DNA of 34,047 nt from Verrucomicrobiota bacterium (GCA_041165185.1 JBEANZ010000006.1:1-34047), one strand, 5' to 3'; numbered from the stretch's first letter, positions 8,530-17,195 are shown. Notes: a model not told the origin generated them from the letters alone. A program made the numbers and translations.

Positions 8530-9681
8530 ATGAATGTCGTCGGTCTTTTCGCGGGCATCGGCGGGGTCGAACTCGGGTTGCACCGGGCCGGCCACACGCC
8601 GCTGCTGCACTGCGAGATCGAGCCGGCGGCGGCGGCGGTGTTGCGCGACAAGTTTCCCGACGTGCCCGTCCATGGCGATGTGCGCACGCTGCGCAAACTG
8701 CCGCGCGGCACCGACCTCGTCGCGGGCGGTTTCCCGTGCCAGGATTTGTCGCAGGCAGGGAAGACGCGCGGCATCGGCGGAAAAAATTCCGGCCTCGTGA
8801 ACGAGGTGTTTCGCCTGCTCGCGACGGGCGACGTGCCGCACGTGTTGTTGGAAAACGTCTCGTTCATCCTCGCGCTCGACCGCGGCCACGCGATGCGCCA
8901 CGTCACGGGCGAGCTGGAGCGGCTCGGCTACCGCTGGGCCTATCGCGTGATGGACAGCCGGGCGTTTGGCCTGCCGCAGCGGCGCCAACGGATGTATCTG
9001 CTCGCATCGCGCGTGCTGGAGCCGTTCGAGCAGTTGATGCACGGCAGCGAAACGCCGGACGAGCCCGACGACTGGCGCGGCCGGGCGTGCGGGTTTTACT
9101 GGACCGAGGGCGTGCGGGGGCTCGGCTGGGCCGTGGACGCGGTGCCGACACTCAAGGGCGGCTCCACCATCGGCATCGCCTCGCCGCCCGCGATTTGGCT
9201 GCCCGACGGCCGCATCGTGACACCCGACATCCGCGACGCCGAGCGGTTGCAGGGCTTCGCGACCGACTGGACGCTCGCCGCCGAAAAAATCGTGCGCCCG
9301 GGCTTCCGCTGGAAACTGGTGGGCAACGCCGTCTCCGTGCCCGCCGCCGAGTGGATCGGCCGGCGCCTGACGGCGGGCGCCGCGCCGGTCGAGATGCGCG
9401 TCGAGTCCTTCGATCCGGAAACGAAATGGCCGACGGCGGCGTTTGGCGGACCGGGACAGACGCCGCTGGGCGTCGCGATTTCGATGTGGCCGGTGCGCGC
9501 GGTGCGCCCGGCGCTGGTGGATTTTCTCGGTCACGCGACCAAGCCGCTGTCGTTGCGTGCGACGGAGGGATTCACCGCGAGGCTGAAGTCGAGTTCGCTG
9601 CGCCATCCGCCGGAATTCATGCGCGCGCTGCTGCGCCACGCCGACGGCATGCGAGTCCAGCCGGAGCTGGCCGTCGCATGA
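8530..9681 (+). CDS. DNA (cytosine-5)-methyltransferase
   Basis: Start re-assigned to ATG 8530 (MNVVGLFAGIGG). Motif I FAGIGG, motif IV GFPCQDLSQAG, motif VI LLENV, motif VIII LPQRRQRMYLL, motif X GNAVSVP. There is a short variable region (GFYWTEG...TLKGGSTIGIASPPAIW) and a C-terminal extension of about 100 aa. Confidence 0.95.
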   Translation: MNVVGLFAGIGGVELGLHRAGHTPLLHCEIEPAAAAVLRDKFPDVPVHGDVRTLRKLPRGTDLVAGGFPCQDLSQAGKTRGIGGKNSGLVNEVFRLLATGDVPHVLLENVSFILALDRGHAMRHVTGELERLGYRWAYRVMDSRAFGLPQRRQRMYLLASRVLEPFEQLMHGSETPDEPDDWRGRACGFYWTEGVRGLGWAVDAVPTLKGGSTIGIASPPAIWLPDGRIVTPDIRDAERLQGFATDWTLAAEKIVRPGFRWKLVGNAVSVPAAEWIGRRLTAGAAPVEMRVESFDPETKWPTAAFGGPGQTPLGVAISMWPVRAVRPALVDFLGHATKPLSLRATEGFTARLKSSSLRHPPEFMRALLRHADGMRVQPELAVA

Positions 9682-10529
9682 GCGCGATGTTTGGCGAGCA
9701 AATCCTCGCCCGCACCCTCCAGCGCGCGGGCGTCACCGACCGCGACGGCAAGGCGTGGCAATACCACTCGCGCAGCGATCGCCACAGCAAGATCGCGTGC
9801 TGGGCTATTCTCTTCGACCTGCTGCGCACGAGCGCGCTGCTGCGGGACCACGCGACGGCGGGCAAGGTGGGCTTCGGCCTCAACCACGAGCTGCGCGATT
9901 TTCGGGTGAACCGAAAGAAGAACCTCGATCTCGTCGTGTGCCTCGGAAAACCCGACGGCGACACCACCTCAACGCTCGCCCACTACGGCGCCGAACTCGC
10001 GCTCGCGCTCACCCCCGCCGAACAGGCGGCTCTCGCCGCGTTGCCGGCGCTGCGCCGCGGCGCGGTCTCAAACGTCCTCCTCGCGCTCGAAGCGAAGGCC
10101 TGCATGACCGAGCACGTAAAGGCGCGCCCGCGCCTCTACGACGAACTGGCCTCGTCGGCGCAGACCATCCACGGCGACACCGGCAGCGCCATCGCCGCCG
10201 CGTTCGTGATGATCAATTCCGCCGCGAGCTTTGTGAGCCCGGACCGCAACAAGGGCCGCATCCGGCCGGGGAAGTTCGTCGCCAACCCGCACAAGCAACC
10301 CGACGTGGCGCTGAAGGTGTTGGAAAAAATCATGGAGCTACCCCGCCGCAGCAACGAGAGCGGCTCCGGGTTCGACGCCGTGGGCATCACGATGATCCGG
10401 TGCCGCAACGACGGTTCCCCGGTCGAGATCGACGCCGAGCTGAACCAGCACATCGCGCCCATCGTGCGCTACGACGAACTCGTGCAGCGCCTCGCCCACC
10501 TCTACGCGACGAAGTTCGCGGCCATCTGA
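9678..10529 (+). CDS. Putative type II restriction endonuclease (PD-(D/E)XK-like), partner of the m5C methyltransferase
   Basis: ATG 9678 overlaps the methylase stop (ATGA). The 283-aa protein carries KKNLDLVVC followed about 50 residues later by VLLALEAKACMTEH, which is a D...E-x-K arrangement on predicted strands. I see no TM segment, NTP-binding motif or other enzyme motif. I do not recognise the family, and the specificity is unknown. Confidence 0.6.
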   Translation: MSAMFGEQILARTLQRAGVTDRDGKAWQYHSRSDRHSKIACWAILFDLLRTSALLRDHATAGKVGFGLNHELRDFRVNRKKNLDLVVCLGKPDGDTTSTLAHYGAELALALTPAEQAALAALPALRRGAVSNVLLALEAKACMTEHVKARPRLYDELASSAQTIHGDTGSAIAAAFVMINSAASFVSPDRNKGRIRPGKFVANPHKQPDVALKVLEKIMELPRRSNESGSGFDAVGITMIRCRNDGSPVEIDAELNQHIAPIVRYDELVQRLAHLYATKFAAI

Positions 10530-10548
10530 GCGGCGGCGCAGGGTTCGT

Positions 10549-11184
10549 TCAGCCCGTCTTACGGAAAGGCAACGGCGCTTCGTCAGCCGGCCGGTTTGGA
10601 GCAAGATTCTCCGCGAGCAGGTGGCGGTGGCCGGGCGCTTCGCCCAGCGCTTCCCGTTCAAATCTGACCAGCCGCAGGAAATTTTCCGCGGTGCCACCGA
10701 CGAGCACCTGAATCGGCCCGATTCGCGGTTCGTATTCCCAAGCAAACCACCCGTGCCGCAAAATCCGCCGGACGTGCGACTCCAAAAACTTGATCGAGAT
10801 GGGAGCGGTCACGGGACTGTGCAGCACCGGATCCGCGCCGACGAAAATCCCGCGCTCCGGATCGATGCCGCAGAAAAGCGTCGTGTAGAGCGCATACGGG
10901 TCCTGCCACAAGGTGTGCTGCCCGCCGGTCTTGGCGGAGTATTTGACCTGAAAGCGATGCTCATCGTCGGGGCGGTTCAGCGTCTTTTGGGAATTCGCGA
11001 AGAACGCGTAAACGAGGATGCCGAGGCGTTCACCGTCCGGCGTTTCGAAGGTGAAGCGGTAGGGCGCGACGCCCGGATCGGGTTCGTGGAGGAGGCGGCA
11101 ACCGGAGCGTTCGAGCGCCTCGCGGATGAAGCGGACGAGCGGCTCCTTCTTCGCGCGACTGACGGAATAATGCCGGGGCTCCAT
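10549..11184 (-). CDS. Hypothetical protein of unknown family, convergent with and 19 nt from the restriction gene
   Basis: The ORF is open to 11247 (232 aa). I prefer Met-22 at 11184 (MEPRHYSVSRAKKEPLVRFIREALERSG...). It appears soluble. The core segment is PYRFTFETPDGERLGILVYAFFANSQKTLNRPDDEHRFQVKY. High GC3 is consistent with coding. Confidence 0.6.
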   Translation of the reverse strand: MEPRHYSVSRAKKEPLVRFIREALERSGCRLLHEPDPGVAPYRFTFETPDGERLGILVYAFFANSQKTLNRPDDEHRFQVKYSAKTGGQHTLWQDPYALYTTLFCGIDPERGIFVGADPVLHSPVTAPISIKFLESHVRRILRHGWFAWEYEPRIGPIQVLVGGTAENFLRLVRFEREALGEAPGHRHLLAENLAPNRPADEAPLPFRKTG

Positions 11185-11312
11185 GCGCGCACCGTGCCGC
11201 GCGCCCATCGCGCTGTCGAGCCGGTGATCGCGTCGGGCCCGATCCACCGCCCCCCCGCCCCGCCAATTCCCTTGGCGGCCCTGCGCGCGCGCCCCACGCT
11301 GCGCGGTTTTCC

Positions 11313-12281
11313 ATGTCGGCCCCCCTTCATCCGCAGCGCTCGCAGGCCATCCTTTGGCTGCTGCTCGCCAACCTCTTTTGGGGGCTCAGCTTTCCGCTCG
11401 TGAAGGGGCTCCTCGGCCTCCACGCGCAGCTCGTGCCCGCCGCCGGGCCGTGGTTTTCGGCGGTGTATTCGGTCGCGCCGCGGTTCCTGCTCGCCGTCGC
11501 CGTGCTCTTCGCGCTGCGGCCGCGCGATTGCTGGCGCGCCACCGCGTCCGAATTGAAACAGGGCCTCGGGCTCGGCCTCTTCGCCGCCGGCGGGATGCTC
11601 CTCCAAAACGACGCCCTCCAATTCACCTCCGCCAGCACCTCCGCGTTTCTCACGCAGGTTTACGCGATGCTCATCCCGGCGTGGCTCGCGGTGCGCGCGC
11701 GGCGCTCGCCCGGCGCGCGCGTATGGCTGTGCGGCGCGCTCGTGCTCGCGGGCGTCGCCGTGCTCGGCAACTTCGACTGGCGCGCCCTGCGTTTCGCGCG
11801 CGGCGAATGGGAAACCCTCCTCTGCGCCCTCTTCTTCATGGGCCAAATCCTCTGGCTCGACCGCCCCGAGTTTGCGGACAACCGCCCCGCACCGGCCACG
11901 TTTGTGATGTTTGCGACGCTGGCGTGCATCTTCTGGCCGCTCGCATTCGCGACCGCGCCCGATGTGGCGACGCTCCTCGCGCCGTGGCGTTCGCCGGCGT
12001 GGGTCGGCTTCACGGTGGCGCTCACGGTGTTTTGCACCCTCGGCTCGTTCGGGCTGATGGTGCGCTGGCAACCGAAGATCACGGCGACCGAGGCGGGGTT
12101 GATCTACTGCATCGAGCCGGTGTTCGCGGCGCTGATGGCGTTGTTCTTGCCGGCGCTGTTTTCGGCGTGGGCGGGCATCGACTATCCCAACGAGCACGCG
12201 ACATGGACGCTGCTCCTCGGCGGCGGCCTCATCACGCTCGCCAACGTCGTGCTGCAACTGAAGCCGCCGGCGAAAACGTGA
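11313..12281 (+). CDS. DMT superfamily (EamA-like) transporter
   Basis: About 10 hydrophobic helices in two halves. The N-terminal LLLANLFWGLSFPLVK is typical of EamA domains. Confidence 0.85.
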   Translation: MSAPLHPQRSQAILWLLLANLFWGLSFPLVKGLLGLHAQLVPAAGPWFSAVYSVAPRFLLAVAVLFALRPRDCWRATASELKQGLGLGLFAAGGMLLQNDALQFTSASTSAFLTQVYAMLIPAWLAVRARRSPGARVWLCGALVLAGVAVLGNFDWRALRFARGEWETLLCALFFMGQILWLDRPEFADNRPAPATFVMFATLACIFWPLAFATAPDVATLLAPWRSPAWVGFTVALTVFCTLGSFGLMVRWQPKITATEAGLIYCIEPVFAALMALFLPALFSAWAGIDYPNEHATWTLLLGGGLITLANVVLQLKPPAKT

Positions 12282-12348
12282 GGCGCAAAACCAGCTCGCG
12301 ACCGCGGCCGCGGCCCCTCGGCCTCCCGTCAAACCGTCGGATTTTTTT

Positions 12349-12654
12349 GGAACGCTAATCTTCGCTCATCTTCCCGGACGCTCCGGGTCCATCCGCTCCC
12401 GTGCGTGCCCCGCCTAATCGGCGGCGCGCCATGTTTTCTTTTGGCGACGGGGGGAAACTCCGGCGCTCGCACGCAACCACCCCCAATTCTTGGCCGAAAC
12501 GAGGCGGGGGGAGTGCGTCGCTCTCAACGCGCTTGGGTGAAAGCGCGTTGAGGGCAACGTGCTCCACCCTCCGCTCCCGCGCCACGCCGATTAGGCGGGG
12601 CACGCAGATTTCCGCTCCCCCTGCTTCCGGGAAATTAGCGTAGATTAGCGTTCC
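12349..12654. mobile_element. 306-bp nested-palindrome element (MITE-like, or a structured RNA locus)
   Basis: Outer inverted repeat ggaacgctaatc (12349..12360) / gattagcgttcc (12643..12654), extending imperfectly for about 70 bp. Inner perfect 22-bp inverted repeat tgcgtgccccgcctaatcggcg (12402..12423) / cgccgattaggcggggcacgca (12585..12606). Central perfect 11-bp hairpin ctcaacgcgct (12523..12533) / agcgcgttgag (12542..12552). I see no convincing ORF and no clear target-site duplication. Confidence 0.6.
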
Positions 12655-12777
12655 ACCCGGTTTGGAAAAAACTCCCGCACCGCCACGTCGTCGCCGACTT
12701 GCCCCGCCGCCGCCCATCGCGTGCACGCGCGCTCCTACGCAACACACGAGGCGGGACGCCTCGTCCGCGACTCGCTC

Positions 12778-13599
12778 CTACGCAAACCGGCCCGTGCGCA
12801 GAAACGATTTCACGCGCGCGATCGTGACGCTCCGCCACGCGAGCCACGTGTGCGTGTAGGGCAACGTCACGTGCGCGGTTTCACCCGCGAGGTGCGTGGC
12901 GGCGACGGTGACTTTGCCGTCGTTGGGCCGCGGCAACAGCGCGGCGAGCAGCGGGTTTAACGAGCGGCCGCCCGCGATCACACCGAGTTCGCCGGCGCCG
13001 GGCGCGGACGCGACTCCGTCGGTCGGCCACGCACCGAGCGTCTGCGGGCTGGTAGCGCCGGTCTCTGACCGGCGTTTGTCAACTCCGCCAGCCGGCCACG
13101 CGCCGAGCGTCTGCGGGAGCGCGGTCGCGCCCGTGCCGAGGCGCGCGCCGTTCGCTCCGGTGAACCACCGATACGGCGCCCACGGGCCGAGGCGCTCCGC
13201 GATTTCGCTGCCGGCGTTCGGCGGCGCCAGCATCACGACGCGCCCGAGATTTTCCGGCGCGCCCGCCTCGCGCAGCCACGCGCGCACCACAATGCCGCCG
13301 AGCGAGTGCGTGACGAAATGCACGCGCGGCGCGGCGCCCGCGTGTGCGGCGGCGAGTTGCGCGGGGAGCCACTCGGCCGCGAGCGACTCCACCGCGCGGC
13401 GCGAAGGGTAGGAGACGTTGACCACGCGATAGCCCTCGCGGCCGAGCGCGCCCGCGAGCCGCGCCATCGACCAACGCGTGCGGCCCATGCCGTGGAGCAC
13501 GACGACGAGTTCGGGGTTGGCAACCGGGGCGGTTTCCACGGCGAGAAGGGCGGGCATGGCGGAAAAAATCAGGGCGAGCGGGAGGAGAAAAAATTTCAT
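12778..13599 (-). CDS. Secreted alpha/beta-fold hydrolase (esterase/lipase-like)
   Basis: Start re-assigned to ATG at 13599 (MKFFLLPLALIFSAMPALLA, a signal peptide). VVLHGMG oxyanion region and nucleophile elbow THSLGG. The start overlaps the upstream transporter stop (ATGA). It contains an in-frame 69-nt duplication/REP-like segment (see findings). Confidence 0.85.
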   Translation of the reverse strand: MKFFLLPLALIFSAMPALLAVETAPVANPELVVVLHGMGRTRWSMARLAGALGREGYRVVNVSYPSRRAVESLAAEWLPAQLAAAHAGAAPRVHFVTHSLGGIVVRAWLREAGAPENLGRVVMLAPPNAGSEIAERLGPWAPYRWFTGANGARLGTGATALPQTLGAWPAGGVDKRRSETGATSPQTLGAWPTDGVASAPGAGELGVIAGGRSLNPLLAALLPRPNDGKVTVAATHLAGETAHVTLPYTHTWLAWRSVTIARVKSFLRTGRFA

Positions 13600-14480
13600 G
13601 CGGGCGACGCGCCCGGGCCGGTTCGCGCGGCGCGCACCGAGGAGACGGCGCGCCACGTGACCGCCCCGAGGACGATGGCCCCTCCGACCAGCGCGCGCGG
13701 CGAAGGTTGCTCGCGCATCGCGAGCATCACCCACACGGGATTCAAAATCGGTTCGATGACGGGGACGAGCACGGCTTCGAGCGCCGAGACGTGCCGAATC
13801 GCGCGCGCGTAGAGCCAGTAGGAAACGCCGAGCTGCACCACGCCGAGCGCCGCGAGCGCGCCCCAGCCCGCCGCCGGTAGCGCGGGCGCCGACAGCATCG
13901 CCGGCAACCCCGCGAGAAACGCGAGCGCGTTGCCGAGGATGATCGATTCGCTGGCGGAGCCGCCTTTTTGGCGGCGGAGCGTGAGCGCCATCGCGGCGAA
14001 ACACCCGCCGCTCGCGAGCGCCCACGCGTTGCCCGCGAAATCGGTGGCGCGCAGGCCGTCGGCGAAAAACAGCGCCATGCCGCCGAGCGCCGCCGCGATG
14101 GCGAACCAGTCGGCGCGCGTGGTGCGTTCGCAGAGCAGCGCGGCGCCGAAGAGCGCGACCCAGACGGGTGCGGTGTATTGGAGGAGGATGGCGTTGGCGG
14201 CGGTCGTGAGGGTGTTGGCCACGCAAAACGTGACCGTGCACGCCGCGTAACACGCCGCGCCGAGCCACTGCGCGCCGGAAAACCGGAACCGCAGCTCGCG
14301 ATTCGTCGCGAGGAGAAACAGCGCCGCGATCAACCCGCGGCCGCCGGCGACGGCGAGGCCGGGCCACGTGGCGGCGACGGACTTGATGAGCAGGCCGCCG
14401 AGGCTCCAGCAGAGCGCCGCGCCAACGAGCTGGGCGACGGCGCGCGAGTGCTCGCGCGGGGAGGAGGAGTTCGTGGACAC
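13596..14480 (-). CDS. DMT superfamily (EamA-like) transporter
   Basis: A 294-aa polytopic membrane protein. AQLVGAALCWSLGGLLIKSV is an EamA-type first helix, and the protein has a two-fold repeat architecture. Confidence 0.85.
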   Translation of the reverse strand: MSTNSSSPREHSRAVAQLVGAALCWSLGGLLIKSVAATWPGLAVAGGRGLIAALFLLATNRELRFRFSGAQWLGAACYAACTVTFCVANTLTTAANAILLQYTAPVWVALFGAALLCERTTRADWFAIAAALGGMALFFADGLRATDFAGNAWALASGGCFAAMALTLRRQKGGSASESIILGNALAFLAGLPAMLSAPALPAAGWGALAALGVVQLGVSYWLYARAIRHVSALEAVLVPVIEPILNPVWVMLAMREQPSPRALVGGAIVLGAVTWRAVSSVRAARTGPGASPA

Positions 14481-14552
14481 GCGCGGTCAGGTGTGCGCGT
14501 CGCGGCGGCGGCGAGCGACGCGAAAAACGGCGGGGGTGGCGGCGAGCCGCCG

Positions 14553-14662
14553 TTGTAGGGCGGGGTCGCTGACCCCGCCGTGGCGGGAGTGGCGTTGTGA
14601 AATCCGCGTGGGCGGAGCGTGGCGGGAATTTTTCGGCGGGGTCGGCGACCCCGCCCTACAAC
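14553..14662. repeat. Inverted pair of REP-like hairpin units; possible terminator or insulator between two minus-strand genes
   Basis: Units are ttgtagggcggggtcgctgaccccgcc (14553..14579) and ggcggggtcggcgaccccgccctacaa (14635..14662). They are reverse complements with one mismatch. Each unit is itself a 9-bp hairpin (ggcggggtc/gaccccgcc). The pair lies directly downstream of the oxidoreductase stop at 14670. Confidence 0.7.
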
Positions 14663-14669
14663 AATCGGC

Positions 14670-16016
14670 CTACGCTTTTTTCCAGTCCTCGCGCGTCGCG
14701 CGTGTGCGGAGCGCGTTCGCGGCGGGGTCGCCGAGGAACGTCTCGCCGAGCGGATCCCATTTCAACGGGCGGCCGAGCTCCATTGCGATGGCGCCGAGGT
14801 GGAGCGTCGTGCTCAGGCGATGGAGCGCCTCCGCCGAATACATCGGGGGCTGGCCGTTTTTCACGCAGTCGAGGAAGTCGCGTTGCTCGCGCGGGCGGCG
14901 GGGCCAGAGCTTGCTCGTCGCGGGATCGTATTTGCGGCGGAGGATTTCGTCGCGGCTCGCCTCGATGCGGCCCTGCCAGCCTTTGTTGCCGATCCAGCCG
15001 TCGGTGCCTTCGAAACGGATCGAGGGGACGCCAGCGCTCACGTCCATCGTCACGCCGTTGGCGAACGTGTAGTGGAGATCGAATTTGCGCGGGACGTCGT
15101 TCGTCGCGTCGGGCGGGATCTCGCCGCGGCCCTCGACGGCGACGGGGTTGGTGTCCTCGGAAAAGTTGGCCACCTGCGCGGTGTCGACGAGGTGCGCGCC
15201 CCAGTCGGTGAGCGTGCCGCCGGAGAAATCGCGGATTTGCCGCCAGGTCTGCGCGTCGGTGAGCGCGGGCGTGTAGGGGCGAAACGGCGCGGGCCCGAGC
15301 CACAGTTCGTAATTGAGATCGGCGGGGACGGGGGCGGGGGCTTCGCGGGGGAGGACGGCTTTTTCGGTGAGGCCGACGGTGATGTGGCGGAGGCGGCCGA
15401 TGGCGCCGTTGCGCACGGCCTCGGCCATCATGTGGTAGTGGATCACGGCGCGGTCCTCGAGGCCGACGGCGAAGAGCTGGCCGGATTTTTTCACGGCGTC
15501 GGCGAGGCGGCGGCCCTCGGCGATGGTGAGGGTGGGTTTTTCGCAGAAAACCATTTTGCCGGCCGCGAGCGCCATGAGCGCCATCGTGACGTGCCAGTGA
15601 TCGGGCGTGGAGATGACGGCGACGTCGATGTCGGGCCGCGCGAGCACGGCGCGGAAATCCGCGAGGGCCACGCAGTCGTTGGTGCCGTAGTGCTGGTTGA
15701 CCTCGGCGGTGATTTTTTCGCGGCGCGATTTGAACACGTCGCACACGGCGAGCACGCGGCAGTCGGGCTCCTGGAGGAAGGACTTGAGGTTGACGCCGTA
15801 GCCGTGGACGCCGACGCCGATGCAGCCGAGAGTGACGCGTTTCGAGGGCGCGTCGGCGCCGAGCAGGCGCGCGGGGATGTAGCGCGGGGCGAGCGCGGCG
15901 GCGAAAATGCCGGCGAGGCCGGAGCCGACGAAGCGGCGGCGCGTGAGCGCGAGCGAGCGGGCGTGGGGCGTGAGCGGGCGAGTGGGCGGCGGAGGCGTGG
16001 ACGTTGGCGTGGGCAT
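14670..16016 (-). CDS. Gfo/Idh/MocA-family oxidoreductase with twin-arginine signal
   Basis: Start re-assigned to ATG at 16016. Tat motif LTRRRFVGSGLAG, Rossmann GCIGVGVHG, and the family motif VFCEKP. Length 448 aa. The rest of the 945-aa tracked ORF is read-through across the upstream gene. Confidence 0.9.
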   Translation of the reverse strand: MPTPTSTPPPPTRPLTPHARSLALTRRRFVGSGLAGIFAAALAPRYIPARLLGADAPSKRVTLGCIGVGVHGYGVNLKSFLQEPDCRVLAVCDVFKSRREKITAEVNQHYGTNDCVALADFRAVLARPDIDVAVISTPDHWHVTMALMALAAGKMVFCEKPTLTIAEGRRLADAVKKSGQLFAVGLEDRAVIHYHMMAEAVRNGAIGRLRHITVGLTEKAVLPREAPAPVPADLNYELWLGPAPFRPYTPALTDAQTWRQIRDFSGGTLTDWGAHLVDTAQVANFSEDTNPVAVEGRGEIPPDATNDVPRKFDLHYTFANGVTMDVSAGVPSIRFEGTDGWIGNKGWQGRIEASRDEILRRKYDPATSKLWPRRPREQRDFLDCVKNGQPPMYSAEALHRLSTTLHLGAIAMELGRPLKWDPLGETFLGDPAANALRTRATREDWKKA

Positions 16017-16063
16017 GGGGAACGGAAAAAATCGCGGGCGGCGGGACGGAAGCGGGAAGCGCG

Positions 16064-16984
16064 TCAGGGCAGCGCGCGCCAGACGCGCATCGTGGCGCGG
16101 AGGTTGTCGAGCGGGTCGCCTTTGACGTTGTAGAACTGGATGCCGACGGGGCCGCGATAGCCGACGGCGGTGAGCGTGCGGAGAAGGCCGGGCACGTCGT
16201 AGTCGCCGTCGCCGAGGAGGCGGATGTAGTTTTCCCAACCGGGGCCGGGACGATCGGAGGCGCCGTTGAGGGAGACGAGCGCGAGGCGGGGCGCGACGGC
16301 GCGCAGGATCGCGGGGAGGCGCGGGCCGTGGCCGGCGGCGAGTTCGTGGGCGAGGTTGACGGTCACGCCGACGTCGGCGCGGCCGGACTCGACCGCGAGC
16401 GCAAACGCCTGCTCGGCCGTGGCGACGTGGAAACCCTTGTGCGGGTAGAGCACGACGCGCACCTGCGAGCGCTCCGCGAGATCGGCGGCCTCGCGCACGC
16501 GGGCGAGCGCGGCGGCGGCATCGGCGGCGCGGTCGGTTTTCGGCGCGGCGGGGAGCGTGAGCCACACGACCGCGCCCGTCCCGCGCAGGAGCGCGACCGC
16601 CTCGGCGAAGCCGGCCGGAAACGGCTCCGCGCCGTGCAGGCTCGCGCCGAGGTAGAGGGCGTGGAGCTTGAGTTTGCGCGCGCCCAGCTCGGCGAGCCAT
16701 AGTTTGAGATCGGCGACGGTGGTGTAGTTGTAACTGATCCCGGCGTAACCGATCTCGCGGAGCGTCTCGGCCTGGCGCGCGGCGGGCCATGTGCCGCGGC
16801 CGACGCCATTGTCGAAGGCGAACAACTCGAAAGCCGGCGCGCCGCGCAGGGAAAACCCGCCGAAGAGCCACAACGCGAGCGCAGCGGAGACGAGCGGGTG
16901 CGCGCGCGTGCCCAGGCGCATCGGGGCAGGGGAGGGGGCGGACGCTTGGGCGGAGGGGCGGGCGGCCGGGGTGTTCGCGCTCAT
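16064..16984 (-). CDS. Sugar phosphate isomerase/epimerase family protein (xylose-isomerase-like TIM barrel), secreted
   Basis: The signal-like segment PLVSAALALWLFGGFSLRG allows an alternative start at Met-22 (16921). GISYNY, LHALYLG, VTVNLAHE and GPVGIQFYN are typical of AP-endonuclease-2/TIM-barrel isomerases. It lies directly upstream of, and is probably co-transcribed with, the oxidoreductase. Confidence 0.8.
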   Translation of the reverse strand: MSANTPAARPSAQASAPSPAPMRLGTRAHPLVSAALALWLFGGFSLRGAPAFELFAFDNGVGRGTWPAARQAETLREIGYAGISYNYTTVADLKLWLAELGARKLKLHALYLGASLHGAEPFPAGFAEAVALLRGTGAVVWLTLPAAPKTDRAADAAAALARVREAADLAERSQVRVVLYPHKGFHVATAEQAFALAVESGRADVGVTVNLAHELAAGHGPRLPAILRAVAPRLALVSLNGASDRPGPGWENYIRLLGDGDYDVPGLLRTLTAVGYRGPVGIQFYNVKGDPLDNLRATMRVWRALP

Positions 16985-17195
16985 CGCCGGGATCGAATGC
17001 GCGGCGCGGCGCGGAAGTCGATGCCGGGTTCACGGGTTCGCGGGCGATCAGGAATAGCGTTGCCGAGCAGGGAGTCGGAGGTCGTCCTAGGCGCTTCATG
17101 GCTGGCTTGAACGAGTTTGCGGGGCGTGAACGGACGACGGGCGTGACGCGCCCGGGCCGGCGCGACTGCGGTGGCGGGCCGGCGAAAGGCGCGAC

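Noticed and set aside
12281-12349. The 12-nt palindrome ccgcggccgcgg and a T7 run after the DMT transporter gene, considered as an intrinsic terminator
   Set aside because: The palindrome is not followed directly by the T run, and the sequence next to the T run does not form a convincing stem. The T run may instead belong to the boundary of the adjacent palindromic element.
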